A DNA stretch of 49,920 bases from Patescibacteria group bacterium (GTDB lineage Bacteria; Patescibacteriota; Minisyncoccia; Phycocordibacterales; GWA1-40-21): positions 1 to 49,920 of the forward strand of contig JAGWZI010000001.1 of NCBI GenBank assembly GCA_018968925.1, read 5' to 3'. Numbering within the stretch: position 1 is the stretch's first letter; every line of letters starts with the position of its first letter. The notes beneath the pieces are model-generated. The model saw only the letters and a list, made by a program, of their open reading frames with translations, was not told the origin of the DNA and searched no databases. The translations under genes were made by a program, and so were the position numbers. This document shows, one piece after another, positions 19,174 to 27,176 of the stretch.

Positions 19174-20514
19174 CTAGACCGGAAGATTGGCCGGCGCTTC
19201 GGACTTTTTTGACCCGACGCGCTTGAGGGTCGGTGTCTGCGACACGACATTCGACGGGAAGTGGAAGATCGTGGCAAGCTCCTCGGTCGTCATGATGAAC
19301 GGCTTCGATTTCCAATATTTGTACGGCCACTCGAAGAATGAGCGGAGCTTGTAGGCATGGAAGATGTTCTTCTTGAAATTGAAGATTCGCTTCTCGTTCT
19401 CTTTCTTGACGAACGGGAAAATGCGCGCCATGTCCTTGCGCGTATCGCTCACGTCGGTCGTGAAGCCGGGCTTGAAGCCGTTCAGGTAATTCGAACCGTA
19501 TTGCCGCATGGAGCCGATCATGCCGCCGATATTGACCGGCACCGATGCTGCTTTTTCTGCGACATAGACGCTCCGGATCATGCAGTCGAAGGCGGTCTTC
19601 GCGGCGTGACGCTCGAGCGCGGCGATGATCTCGTTCTGCCCTTTCGTCGGATTCGGGAATTTGAAGGTCTCCTTATCGTCCGATTTCGGAATCGCCTCCT
19701 GACGGACCTTCTCGATCTCTTCCTTTATCTCATCCTTATACTTGCGCGCCTTGCCGAAGAGATTGTGCCACTGTTTCTTGACGAAACCGTCCTTTTTTTC
19801 ATCGGCCTCGAGATGGATGACGCCGTGCTTCCAACTTTCCGAATCATGCCTGCGGATCATGATCTGGGTCCAGACGTTCTCGCCGGGCTTCAGCGATCCG
19901 AGAAATTCGAGCACGGACGAGAGCGGGTCGATCTTGTACTCCTCTTTTGAGTCTTCGTTGAGCTCATAATCGATATAGGACTTGATGGGATACGGGTCCT
20001 TTTTCGTGAAAGTGTATTGGACGCCGGAGAGCGCATATTTGTCCATGTCAAAATGGATTCCGTTCACGTAATCGTCTTTCGGTTCCACCTCATGGATCTC
20101 GATCGATGGGTATTGGGCGTAGAGCTGGGCCTCGATGATCGTCTTGAATTTCGCCTGGCTCATCCAGACATAGAAATGCACGGTGCCGCCCGTCGAGACG
20201 AGTTCGCACGAGAACCACGGACGCGTCTTGCCGTCGATGAATGCCTCGCCCCAATTCCCCGCCCCGCTCTGGGCAAGATACGAGAAGAAGATCTCCATGC
20301 CGGCCGGCGATTTGACGATTTCTTTGGGCAGTTTGATCTCGAGCAGGCACGGTTTCTGTTCGCTCACAAACCTGAGCGTCAGCCATCGGAAACGCAGGAT
20401 CCACCAGACAATGACAAGAATGACGGGTATGAAGATCGGCAATGCGACGACGAGCATGCGTCCGACGACCGGCAGGAGTCCCGTCGATACCGAATGAAAA
20501 AAAATGTTCTGCAT
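19174..20514 (-). CDS. hypothetical membrane-anchored protein (N-terminal TM hairpin, large soluble domain)
   Basis: 446 aa with TM segments in LLPVVGRMLVVALPIFIPVILVIVWWIL and a C-terminal motif TTEELATIFHFP. Its stop is 1 nt before the mltG ATG. Its codon and GC style match the host. Confidence 0.7.
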   Translation of the reverse strand: MQNIFFHSVSTGLLPVVGRMLVVALPIFIPVILVIVWWILRFRWLTLRFVSEQKPCLLEIKLPKEIVKSPAGMEIFFSYLAQSGAGNWGEAFIDGKTRPWFSCELVSTGGTVHFYVWMSQAKFKTIIEAQLYAQYPSIEIHEVEPKDDYVNGIHFDMDKYALSGVQYTFTKKDPYPIKSYIDYELNEDSKEEYKIDPLSSVLEFLGSLKPGENVWTQIMIRRHDSESWKHGVIHLEADEKKDGFVKKQWHNLFGKARKYKDEIKEEIEKVRQEAIPKSDDKETFKFPNPTKGQNEIIAALERHAAKTAFDCMIRSVYVAEKAASVPVNIGGMIGSMRQYGSNYLNGFKPGFTTDVSDTRKDMARIFPFVKKENEKRIFNFKKNIFHAYKLRSFFEWPYKYWKSKPFIMTTEELATIFHFPSNVVSQTPTLKRVGSKKSEAPANLPV

Positions 20515-20540
20515 CGTGGAAATTATATCAAAACCGGCCC

Positions 20541-20572
20541 ATAAAGAAAATGTCCGCCTCAGGCGGACATTC
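20541..20572 (-). terminator. rho-independent terminator after the sigma-like gene
   Basis: Minus strand: aatgtccgcc-tga-ggcggacatt (10-bp stem) followed by tttctttat, 5 nt after the stop at 20577. Confidence 0.7.
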
Positions 20573-20576
20573 TTCC

Positions 20577-21611
20577 CTACTTGACGATCTCGTACTTGCC
20601 GTCCTTGTTCTTTTTGAAATATTTCTTGTTCTGGAGGTTGATGACGATCGTGTTCTCCTTGACGTACCGCTCCTTCATCACGCGGTCGACGATCTCTTTC
20701 TTTGTCATCGGGCCGTGCTTGTCAAGAAGCTTCCTGATGACATCCTTGACCACGCCGGACATGTAGCCCCACTCGGAGAGCGCATAGAGACCGCGGCCGA
20801 CGAGGACGAAGCGCGGATCCTTGATGAGCTCGTTGTGCGTCGTCGCGACGTGCGCCTTTTTCTTGAAAACCGTCTCGATCGCATGCGCCACCTCGCGGAA
20901 ATGGATCGGCGAACCGTGCTTGCGGATGACGAGATACGCATAGTCGCGCATGCCTTTCGTCGAGATGTTCGGCGACTTCGTCTTGCCCCATTCGCCGAGC
21001 GGATTCTTGCCGACGTTCTTGGACAAACGCATCCAGCGGCGGGCGATCTCTTCGTTCTTATATTCCTCGGAAACGTTCTCGATATACGAAAGGAAACGCT
21101 TGATCATTTCCGGCTCGGCGACGAGCTCGTCGTCTTTGAGCGATTCATACAGCTTCTTGAGCGACCCTTCAATGCGCTCGCGGAGATCTTTGTCGATGAA
21201 CCAGCGGTGGCGGAAATCCTCGTCTTCCTTCATTTTGTTGAAAGGATGCCCGACGGTCAGGAGGAAGTTCAACTGATTTTGGACGCTCGTATCCTTCGAG
21301 ACGTGGTCGAGCAGGTCCTGTTCGACGACGATGCCACCGAGCTCGCGAATGAGCTTTTCAATGCCTTCGAACGCAGACTTTTCCTCGCCGTACTGCTTGG
21401 ACTTGCGGATGACGGCAATGGCGTGGTTCTCGATCTGGCGGACGCGTTCGCGGGTGATGCCGTAGGATTTGCCGATGGCATCGAGCGTCATCTGCTCGGA
21501 ACTCTTGCCGAGGCCGTAGCGCTTCGTGATGATGTCGCGGGAGCGGTCATGGAGAGCGGCCAGGAGACGCTTGACGGACTGTTTCGGCTTGAAGTTGAGT
21601 GACGTTTTCAT
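20577..21611 (-). CDS. sigma-70 region-4-like HTH protein fused to a HARE-HTH/winged-helix C-terminal region
   Basis: 344 aa. The N-terminus RSRDIITKRYGLGKSSEQMTLDAIGKSYGITRERVRQIENHAI is textbook sigma region 4.2. The C-terminal HFREVAHAI...THNELIKDPRFVLVGRGLYALSEWGY looks like HARE-HTH (RNAP delta N-domain-like). No region 2 is visible. Confidence 0.75.
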   Translation of the reverse strand: MKTSLNFKPKQSVKRLLAALHDRSRDIITKRYGLGKSSEQMTLDAIGKSYGITRERVRQIENHAIAVIRKSKQYGEEKSAFEGIEKLIRELGGIVVEQDLLDHVSKDTSVQNQLNFLLTVGHPFNKMKEDEDFRHRWFIDKDLRERIEGSLKKLYESLKDDELVAEPEMIKRFLSYIENVSEEYKNEEIARRWMRLSKNVGKNPLGEWGKTKSPNISTKGMRDYAYLVIRKHGSPIHFREVAHAIETVFKKKAHVATTHNELIKDPRFVLVGRGLYALSEWGYMSGVVKDVIRKLLDKHGPMTKKEIVDRVMKERYVKENTIVINLQNKKYFKKNKDGKYEIVK

Positions 21612-21671
21612 TCGTTCCCGCTAATCCTGATAAAGCGCCCCGCACTGATTGCACAACTCTTATGTCAAGGC

Positions 21672-21700
21672 ATACTATCACCTATCTCGAAATACGTCAA
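21672..21700 (-). promoter_or_regulatory. candidate promoter for the sigma-like gene
   Basis: Minus strand: TTGACG (21700..21695), a 17-nt spacer, then an extended -10 TGaTAGTAT (-10 at 21677..21672). The -35 overlaps the leuS stop codon. Confidence 0.4.
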
Positions 21701-24567
21701 GCACCTCTTGACTCAGGTGCGACAAAATTGAGGATTCGGTTTTTGACAAAGATTTTCTTGGCGATCGGCTTGCCGGCAAGCCACTTGACAACGTTCGCAT
21801 CCGCGAGCGCCGCCTTCTCCGTCTCCTCTTGCGATGCGTCGCTTTTCATTTCAACGCTGGCGCGGACTTTGCCGTTCACCTGGACGGCGATCGTCACCGT
21901 CGCGGACGCAAGCTTCGATTCGTCATATGCCGGCCAGGTTTCCGTCGCGAGCAAGGTTGTGTTCCCGAGATTCGCCCAAATCTCCTCGGTCGCGTGCGGC
22001 GCGAACGGCGAGAGGATCTTGATGAACGATTCATATCCGGCGCGTGAAAGCGCGTTGCCCTCATGGACGAATTTGACGAAGACCATCATCGCCGAAATGG
22101 CCGTGTTAAAAGCTGATTTTTCGATATCTTCCGAGACTTTTTTGATGGTCTTGTTCAGGAGCTGATCCGTTTCCGGGGACATTTTTTGAGCGATCATGTC
22201 TTTGGTGTTCCAGACGCGCTCGATGAAGCGGCGCGTGCCGACGATGCCCTGGTCGTTCCAGGCGACTTCGGCGCCGTGCGGGCCGAGGAATTGCATGTGG
22301 AGGCGCATCGTGTCGGCGCCGTACGATTTCACGATATCGTCCGGATTCACCACATTGCCCCGCGACTTCGACATCTTTTCGCCGTCCGGGCCGAGGACGA
22401 TGCCATGCGGCACGCGCTTCGCATACGGTTCTTTCGTTGCAACAAGCTTCCGATCGTAGAGGAATTGGTTCCAAAAGCGCGAATACAGGAGGTGCAAGGT
22501 CGTGTGTTCGAACCCGCCGAAATACAAGTCGACCGGCGTCCAGTACGCAAGCGGTTTCATGCCGGCGAATTCCTTTTCATTTTTCGGATCGGTGTACCGC
22601 AGCCAGTACCAGGAGCTTCCCGCCCACTGCGGCATGGTGTTCGTCTCGCGCTTACCCGCGCCGCCGCACTTCGGGCACGGTACATTGACCCACGACGCGA
22701 CATTCGCAAGCGGCGATTCGCCGGTGCCGGACGGTTCGTATTCCTTCACGTCCGGCAACATGACCGGCAAGTCCTTTTCGGGCACTGGCACGACGCCGCA
22801 TGTCGGACAATGGATGACCGGGATTGGCTCGCCCCAGTACCGCTGGCGCGAAAAAAGCCAGTCGCGGAGCTTGTATTTCGTCACCATTTTTCCGCCGACA
22901 AATTTGGTGATTTTTGAAACGGCATCGGTGCTTACCAGATTATTAAATTGACTTGAATTGATGAGAATACCTTCTCCAGTAAATGCCGTTTCAATGCCTT
23001 CAAGACCGCCGAGTAAAATCGGCATTTCCGAATGAGTCATTTTCGTCTTTTTGATCTCATCAAGCGTCATCCAGACAAGATCATGGATGGCCGATTCCTC
23101 GTCGCTCAAGGCTTCCCTGGTTTCATCGACAAGATCAAATATCATATTCCGCGTATGGGCGACCCGATTCACATTCTTGTGCGCGGCGAAAAATTCCGAC
23201 TGGGCGTCGCGCAGTTGTTTTGCGAGCTTCACATGCACATAACCGGTCTCTTCCCGGATCTCCCTGAGAGCCGCTTCAACCGGGTTTTCTCCGCTCTCGA
23301 TGCCGCCCATGACGAATGTCGTCCACGGCTGTTTCTTCCATTTGAGGCACAATATTTTGCCGTTCTTTGGATTCCTCAAGGCGACGATGACCGCGTCTCG
23401 AAATACCGTTTCCTTTCCTGGAACATGAGGGTTTCCCGCGTCCACCATCCGTTCAATAATCACTTCCTTGATCGGCAAGTTGTATTTTTTCGCAAACGCA
23501 AAATCGCGCTCATCATGCGCAGGCACTGCCATGACCATACCGGTGCCGTAGGTTGCAAGCACGTAGTCGGCGATGAACACCGGCACTTCCTCGTTATTCG
23601 CCGGATTCACGGCAAAGACGCCGTCGAGCTTTACGCCGGTCTTTTCCTTGTCTTCCGCGGTCCGCTCGATGTCCGTGCGCTTCTTCGCTTGTTCCCGATA
23701 TTTCTCGACGTCTTTCCAATTTTTAATTTTCGATTTCAATTCGTCGACGAGCGGACATTCCGGCGCAAGCACGACATACGTGACGCCGAAGAGCGTATCG
23801 GCGCGGGTCGTGAAGACGGCGATCTTCTTCTCGGAATCCTTTATTTTAAATTCGATTTCGCTTCCCTCACTCCGACCGATCCAATTTTCCTGCTGGAGCT
23901 TGATCGGTTCCGGCCATTCGGGCAAATCATGCAGGAGACCGTCGACAAGCTCGTCGGCATATGCCGTGATCTTTAGATACCACTGGCGAAGTTTCTTTTT
24001 CTCCACCGTTGCGCCGCACCGTTCGCACTTGCCGTTCACAACCTCTTCGTTCGCAAGACCGGTCTTGTCCTGCGGACACCAATTGATGATGCCTTCCGCT
24101 TCGTACGCGAGGCCGTGTTTCAAAAATTGCAGAAAGATCCACTGCGTCCATTTGTAATACGACGGATCGGTCGTATTCACCTCGCGCGACCAGTCGAAGC
24201 CGACGCCCCAAGAAAGAAGCTGACGTTTCGCGTTCGCGACATTTTCCGCCGTCGATATGCGCGGATGCACTTTGTGCTTGATGGCGTAGTTTTCCGCCGG
24301 CAAACCGAACGCGTCCCAGCCGATCGGATAGAGCACGTTGAAACCTTTCATGCGGAAATAGCGGGATACGACGTCGCCCGCCATGTACGGCCGCATGTGG
24401 CCCATGTGGAGGCCGGCGCCCGACGGATACGGAAATTCGATGAGAACGTACTTCTTCGGCTTTTTCGATCCGTTGTCGGCGGCAAAGACGCCTTTCTCCG
24501 CCCAGATTTTCTGCCATTTCCCTTCGATCGAGGAATGATCGTATGCGCCGTCCGGTGATGCTGTCAT
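21697..24567 (-). CDS. leuS: leucyl-tRNA synthetase with an internal Nudix domain insertion
   Basis: 956 aa with HMGH (aa 54-57), KMSKS, a CP1 editing domain (TTRADTLFGVTYVVLAPE, GTGMVMAVPAHDERDFAFA) and RDWLFSRQRYWGEPIP. About 155 extra residues carry a perfect Nudix box. Confidence 0.95.
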   Translation of the reverse strand: MTASPDGAYDHSSIEGKWQKIWAEKGVFAADNGSKKPKKYVLIEFPYPSGAGLHMGHMRPYMAGDVVSRYFRMKGFNVLYPIGWDAFGLPAENYAIKHKVHPRISTAENVANAKRQLLSWGVGFDWSREVNTTDPSYYKWTQWIFLQFLKHGLAYEAEGIINWCPQDKTGLANEEVVNGKCERCGATVEKKKLRQWYLKITAYADELVDGLLHDLPEWPEPIKLQQENWIGRSEGSEIEFKIKDSEKKIAVFTTRADTLFGVTYVVLAPECPLVDELKSKIKNWKDVEKYREQAKKRTDIERTAEDKEKTGVKLDGVFAVNPANNEEVPVFIADYVLATYGTGMVMAVPAHDERDFAFAKKYNLPIKEVIIERMVDAGNPHVPGKETVFRDAVIVALRNPKNGKILCLKWKKQPWTTFVMGGIESGENPVEAALREIREETGYVHVKLAKQLRDAQSEFFAAHKNVNRVAHTRNMIFDLVDETREALSDEESAIHDLVWMTLDEIKKTKMTHSEMPILLGGLEGIETAFTGEGILINSSQFNNLVSTDAVSKITKFVGGKMVTKYKLRDWLFSRQRYWGEPIPVIHCPTCGVVPVPEKDLPVMLPDVKEYEPSGTGESPLANVASWVNVPCPKCGGAGKRETNTMPQWAGSSWYWLRYTDPKNEKEFAGMKPLAYWTPVDLYFGGFEHTTLHLLYSRFWNQFLYDRKLVATKEPYAKRVPHGIVLGPDGEKMSKSRGNVVNPDDIVKSYGADTMRLHMQFLGPHGAEVAWNDQGIVGTRRFIERVWNTKDMIAQKMSPETDQLLNKTIKKVSEDIEKSAFNTAISAMMVFVKFVHEGNALSRAGYESFIKILSPFAPHATEEIWANLGNTTLLATETWPAYDESKLASATVTIAVQVNGKVRASVEMKSDASQEETEKAALADANVVKWLAGKPIAKKIFVKNRILNFVAPESRGA
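22984..23454 (-). other. Nudix hydrolase domain nested in leuS (aa ~372-528)
   Basis: GGIESGENPVEAALREIREETGY matches GX5EX7REUXEEXGU exactly (nt 23239..23307). The upstream strands AVIVALRNPKNGKILCLKWKK..WTTFVMGG are typical of the Nudix fold. It is in frame with LeuRS on both sides. Confidence 0.8.
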
Positions 24568-24691
24568 GCATGCATACTATAATAAAAAAAACCGGAAGAA
24601 AAGCGGCGTTTGACAATCGCGGCGCATGGGGATACCATTGGATAAATCAGTGAGCACTTTGCGATCCGGGATCGCGGGAAGGAGGTCCGGT

Positions 24692-24850
24692 ATGGTAACG
24701 CTTGTCTACATCATAAAAGACAAGGACGGTAAAAAGCATACGATTCGGAAAGATGTCGATACCGAAAAGGTGCAAGCATTCGTAGACGAACTCAAGCAAC
24801 AGGCGAAAGAAAACGGCGAAGAGCTCTTGAGCATAGTCAACCAGCCGTAA
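24692..24850 (+). CDS. small hypothetical protein (52 aa)
   Basis: The ATG at 24692 is preceded by GGAGG (24681..24685). The product is MVTLVYIIKDKDGKKHTIRKDVDTEKVQAFVDELKQQAKENGEELLSIVNQP. The longer 24626 start lacks an RBS. Confidence 0.5.
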   Translation: MVTLVYIIKDKDGKKHTIRKDVDTEKVQAFVDELKQQAKENGEELLSIVNQP

Positions 24851-24851
24851 G

Positions 24852-24889
24852 CTCCGTTCATTGCAAACGCAACTGGACGGAGTTTTTTT
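24852..24889 (+). terminator. possible terminator (imperfect hairpin plus T-run)
   Basis: ctccgt...acggag stem with inner ttgc/gcaa pairing, followed by a 7-T run. The T-run overlaps the stop of the convergent rmuC. Confidence 0.4.
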
Positions 24890-25922
24890 ATTCTCCGATC
24901 TCCGGCCGCGCGACATCGAGGAGCTCAACGTCCGATTCCCCGCCGGTGATCCGCACGACGTCCTTGTCTATTTTTTTGAATTCCCTGCTCGACGCGTTGA
25001 AATGATTGACGGTCGTTGAAAGCGCATTGCCAAGCTTGTTCTGGTATTCCTCGAAGCTCCGCAGATGCTTCTGGAGCGCTTCGACGTTTTTCTTGATGTC
25101 TTTCGCCGATTCCTCGATCTGCAAAGCTTTGAGTCCTTGCAAGACCGTCTGCAAATAGGCAAGGAACGACGTCGGCGAAACGATAATGACGTGCTTTTCC
25201 TTGAACGCGTATTCCACTAGGTCGCGCGTGTTCACTTTCACCGCGCCGACCTGCGAGATCAGGAGGTCGTAATAGATCGCCTCGTGCGGGATGAACATGA
25301 ACGCAAAGTCCATCGTCCCCTCTTCCGGCTTCACGTATTTGGCCGTCTCGTCGATACGCCGCTTCAAATCTTCCTTGAAGAGCTTTTCGAGCCGGGCTTT
25401 TTCAGCCGGATCCTTCTCGTCTACCAGACGATTGTAGTTTTCGAGTGAGAATTTCGAATCGATCGGAATGATCTTGCCCTTTACTTTCACCACTGCGTCA
25501 ACGATTGTGCCGTCCTTGAACGGATATTGCATCTCATAACTGCCCGCCGGCAGAACGTTCTTCAAAAGCGTTTCGAGATAATATTCGCCGAGGATTCCCC
25601 GCTGTTTCGGATTCTTCAGGATATCCTGGAGCGACTGGAGCTGATCGGCGAACGAGACGACCTGCTTGTTCGTCTCGTCGAGGCGCGTGAGCTTCTCCGT
25701 GATGTCGCGGATGATGTCGAAGGATTTTGTCGACTGGTATTTGAGCGATTCCTGCATATCCTTCGCGTTCGCGCTGATCTTTGCATCCACCGTGCGGGAA
25801 AGCTCATTGATCTGGTTGAGGATCAGGTTCAGGCCGCCGTCGGCTTTGGGTTCGTTCCTGCGGAAGAGGACAAACGCGAGCGCGAGAATGATGAGAAACA
25901 GAATGACGATGATTGCGGTCAT
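24888..25922 (-). CDS. rmuC: DNA recombination protein RmuC
   Basis: 344 aa with an N-terminal TM, a coiled coil and an RmuC nuclease-like C-terminal region (FAFMFIPHEAIYYDLL, VIIVSPTSFLAYLQTV). Confidence 0.85.
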   Translation of the reverse strand: MTAIIVILFLIILALAFVLFRRNEPKADGGLNLILNQINELSRTVDAKISANAKDMQESLKYQSTKSFDIIRDITEKLTRLDETNKQVVSFADQLQSLQDILKNPKQRGILGEYYLETLLKNVLPAGSYEMQYPFKDGTIVDAVVKVKGKIIPIDSKFSLENYNRLVDEKDPAEKARLEKLFKEDLKRRIDETAKYVKPEEGTMDFAFMFIPHEAIYYDLLISQVGAVKVNTRDLVEYAFKEKHVIIVSPTSFLAYLQTVLQGLKALQIEESAKDIKKNVEALQKHLRSFEEYQNKLGNALSTTVNHFNASSREFKKIDKDVVRITGGESDVELLDVARPEIGE

Positions 25923-25967
25923 CCCGCCATTGTATCAAAAACTGGCGTCATATGCTAAAATATTCTC

Positions 25968-26423
25968 ATGACTATCCACGCGCAAATCAAAGCCGGCATC
26001 AAGGAGTCGATGATCAAGAAAGACGAGGTTCGTCTGACGACGCTTCGCGGCGTTCAGGCCGCGTTCGTGAACGAGCTTATTGCCAAAAAGATCAATGGCG
26101 ACGAAATGCCGGACGAGGACGCGATCGCCGTCATTCGGCGCCTCGTGAAGCAGCGGAAAGACTCGATCGAACAGTTCGAAAAAGGCGGTCGTGCGGATCT
26201 CGCGAAAAGCGAGGAAGCGGAAATGAAGATCCTCGAGGCCTTCCTGCCGGCCCAAATGGGCAAAGAGGAGATCGTGAAGGTCGTTGAGGCCGCAAAAGCG
26301 AGAGCCGGTACGATCGACAAGGCGAAGATGGGGCAGTTCATGGGCGGCATCATGAAGGATCTGAAAGGCAAAGCGGACGGCGCCCTGGTCAAACAGGTGG
26401 TGGAGGAAATCGTCGGAAAATAA
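25968..26423 (+). CDS. yqeY: GatB/YqeY domain protein
   Basis: 151 aa: IKAGIKESMIKKDEVRLTTLRGVQAAF...RKDSIEQFEKGGRADLAKSEEAEMKILEAFLP, the typical YqeY pattern. Confidence 0.85.
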   Translation: MTIHAQIKAGIKESMIKKDEVRLTTLRGVQAAFVNELIAKKINGDEMPDEDAIAVIRRLVKQRKDSIEQFEKGGRADLAKSEEAEMKILEAFLPAQMGKEEIVKVVEAAKARAGTIDKAKMGQFMGGIMKDLKGKADGALVKQVVEEIVGK

Positions 26424-26435
26424 CATTCGCACGCA

Positions 26436-26464
26436 TTGACATCCCGGGCGTCTTGGTATTTAAT
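26436..26464 (+). promoter_or_regulatory. candidate sigma70 promoter
   Basis: TTGACA (26436..26441), a 17-nt spacer, then TTTAAT (26459..26464). A GAGGTG RBS-like element lies just before the ATG at 26509. Confidence 0.5.
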
Positions 26465-26508
26465 ACCGGACAGACTTGCGTACAAAATAAATTATTGCGA
26501 GGTGCCGT

Positions 26509-26847
26509 ATGAAGCCAAGAACCGGCTGTTCGATCGAAGGACTCTCGGAAGCTGATCAACACCTGCTTGGAGCCGCGCTTGATCAGTATTACCGGCTGAT
26601 GGAAAGCGGAGTAAAAGAAGAGCGGGCGTACCAGGAAGTCATCAAACCTCTCAAGCTCATTTCTCCGGAACTCGTCCGGAAATTTGACGAATACGGAGAT
26701 TACGTGGACTATCCGGCCGTACGAAGCAGAAGCGTGGCTGAAACGACCGAAATAGTCCGGGAACCGGAAAGCATCGCCGAGATCAAACGGCAGTTGCACA
26801 GTCCTGTTTCAAACGCCGAAATGCGTGAGATGCTTTCAGCCTCCTGA
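26509..26847 (+). CDS. small hypothetical protein (112 aa)
   Basis: It has its own promoter, an RBS-like element and a terminator. It is weakly paralogous to the next small ORF. Confidence 0.5.
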   Translation: MKPRTGCSIEGLSEADQHLLGAALDQYYRLMESGVKEERAYQEVIKPLKLISPELVRKFDEYGDYVDYPAVRSRSVAETTEIVREPESIAEIKRQLHSPVSNAEMREMLSAS

Positions 26848-26865
26848 CGGAAATAGTTTCGATTT

Positions 26866-26899
26866 TAAAAAAGAGGGATGCCATCCCTCTTTTTCTTTT
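26866..26899 (+). terminator. rho-independent terminator
   Basis: aagagggat-gcc-atccctctt followed by tttcttttc. Confidence 0.7.
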
Positions 26900-26923
26900 C
26901 TCCGGCCGTGATACAATGCGCGC

Positions 26924-27166
26924 ATGCGTTTCAAACCGGAACACGGCGAACAAAATCCCCTTCTTGCGGCGCTCGAGCGTTCGAGGAGCCTTATGGAGGA
27001 CGGCGACAAAACGAGCGATGAAGTGTTCGCCATGGTCGCCGAAGAATACAAAATCTCCGCGGAAAAATTGAAAGAGGCCTATGAAGCCGACGGTTCCGAA
27101 CCGAAAGAGCCGATCAAGCTCCGCTTCACCCCGCAAAAGAAAGAACGGAGGCGCTATATCGCATAA
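26924..27166 (+). CDS. small hypothetical protein (80 aa)
   Basis: An extended -10 (TGaTACAAT, 26909..26917) lies 6 nt before the ATG. The product shares an LLxAAL..(x)LMExGxK...ISxE block with the 26509 ORF. Confidence 0.45.
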   Translation: MRFKPEHGEQNPLLAALERSRSLMEDGDKTSDEVFAMVAEEYKISAEKLKEAYEADGSEPKEPIKLRFTPQKKERRRYIA

Positions 27167-27176
27167 ACCGCCTTAT

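Noticed and set aside
19173-19277. N-terminal extensions of track ORFs, which use the first ATG: mltG to 19277, ppdK from 1479, PMM from 9478, PAP2 to 29012, ftsI to 32432, rsmH to 33605, mraZ to 33981, mreD-like to 38239, mreC to 38984, mreB2 to 44982, priA from 44681
   Set aside because: The extensions are Arg/Ser/Pro-rich and overlap the upstream gene or intergenic signals. The family-typical N-termini begin at internal ATGs placed 0-4 nt from the neighbouring gene's stop.
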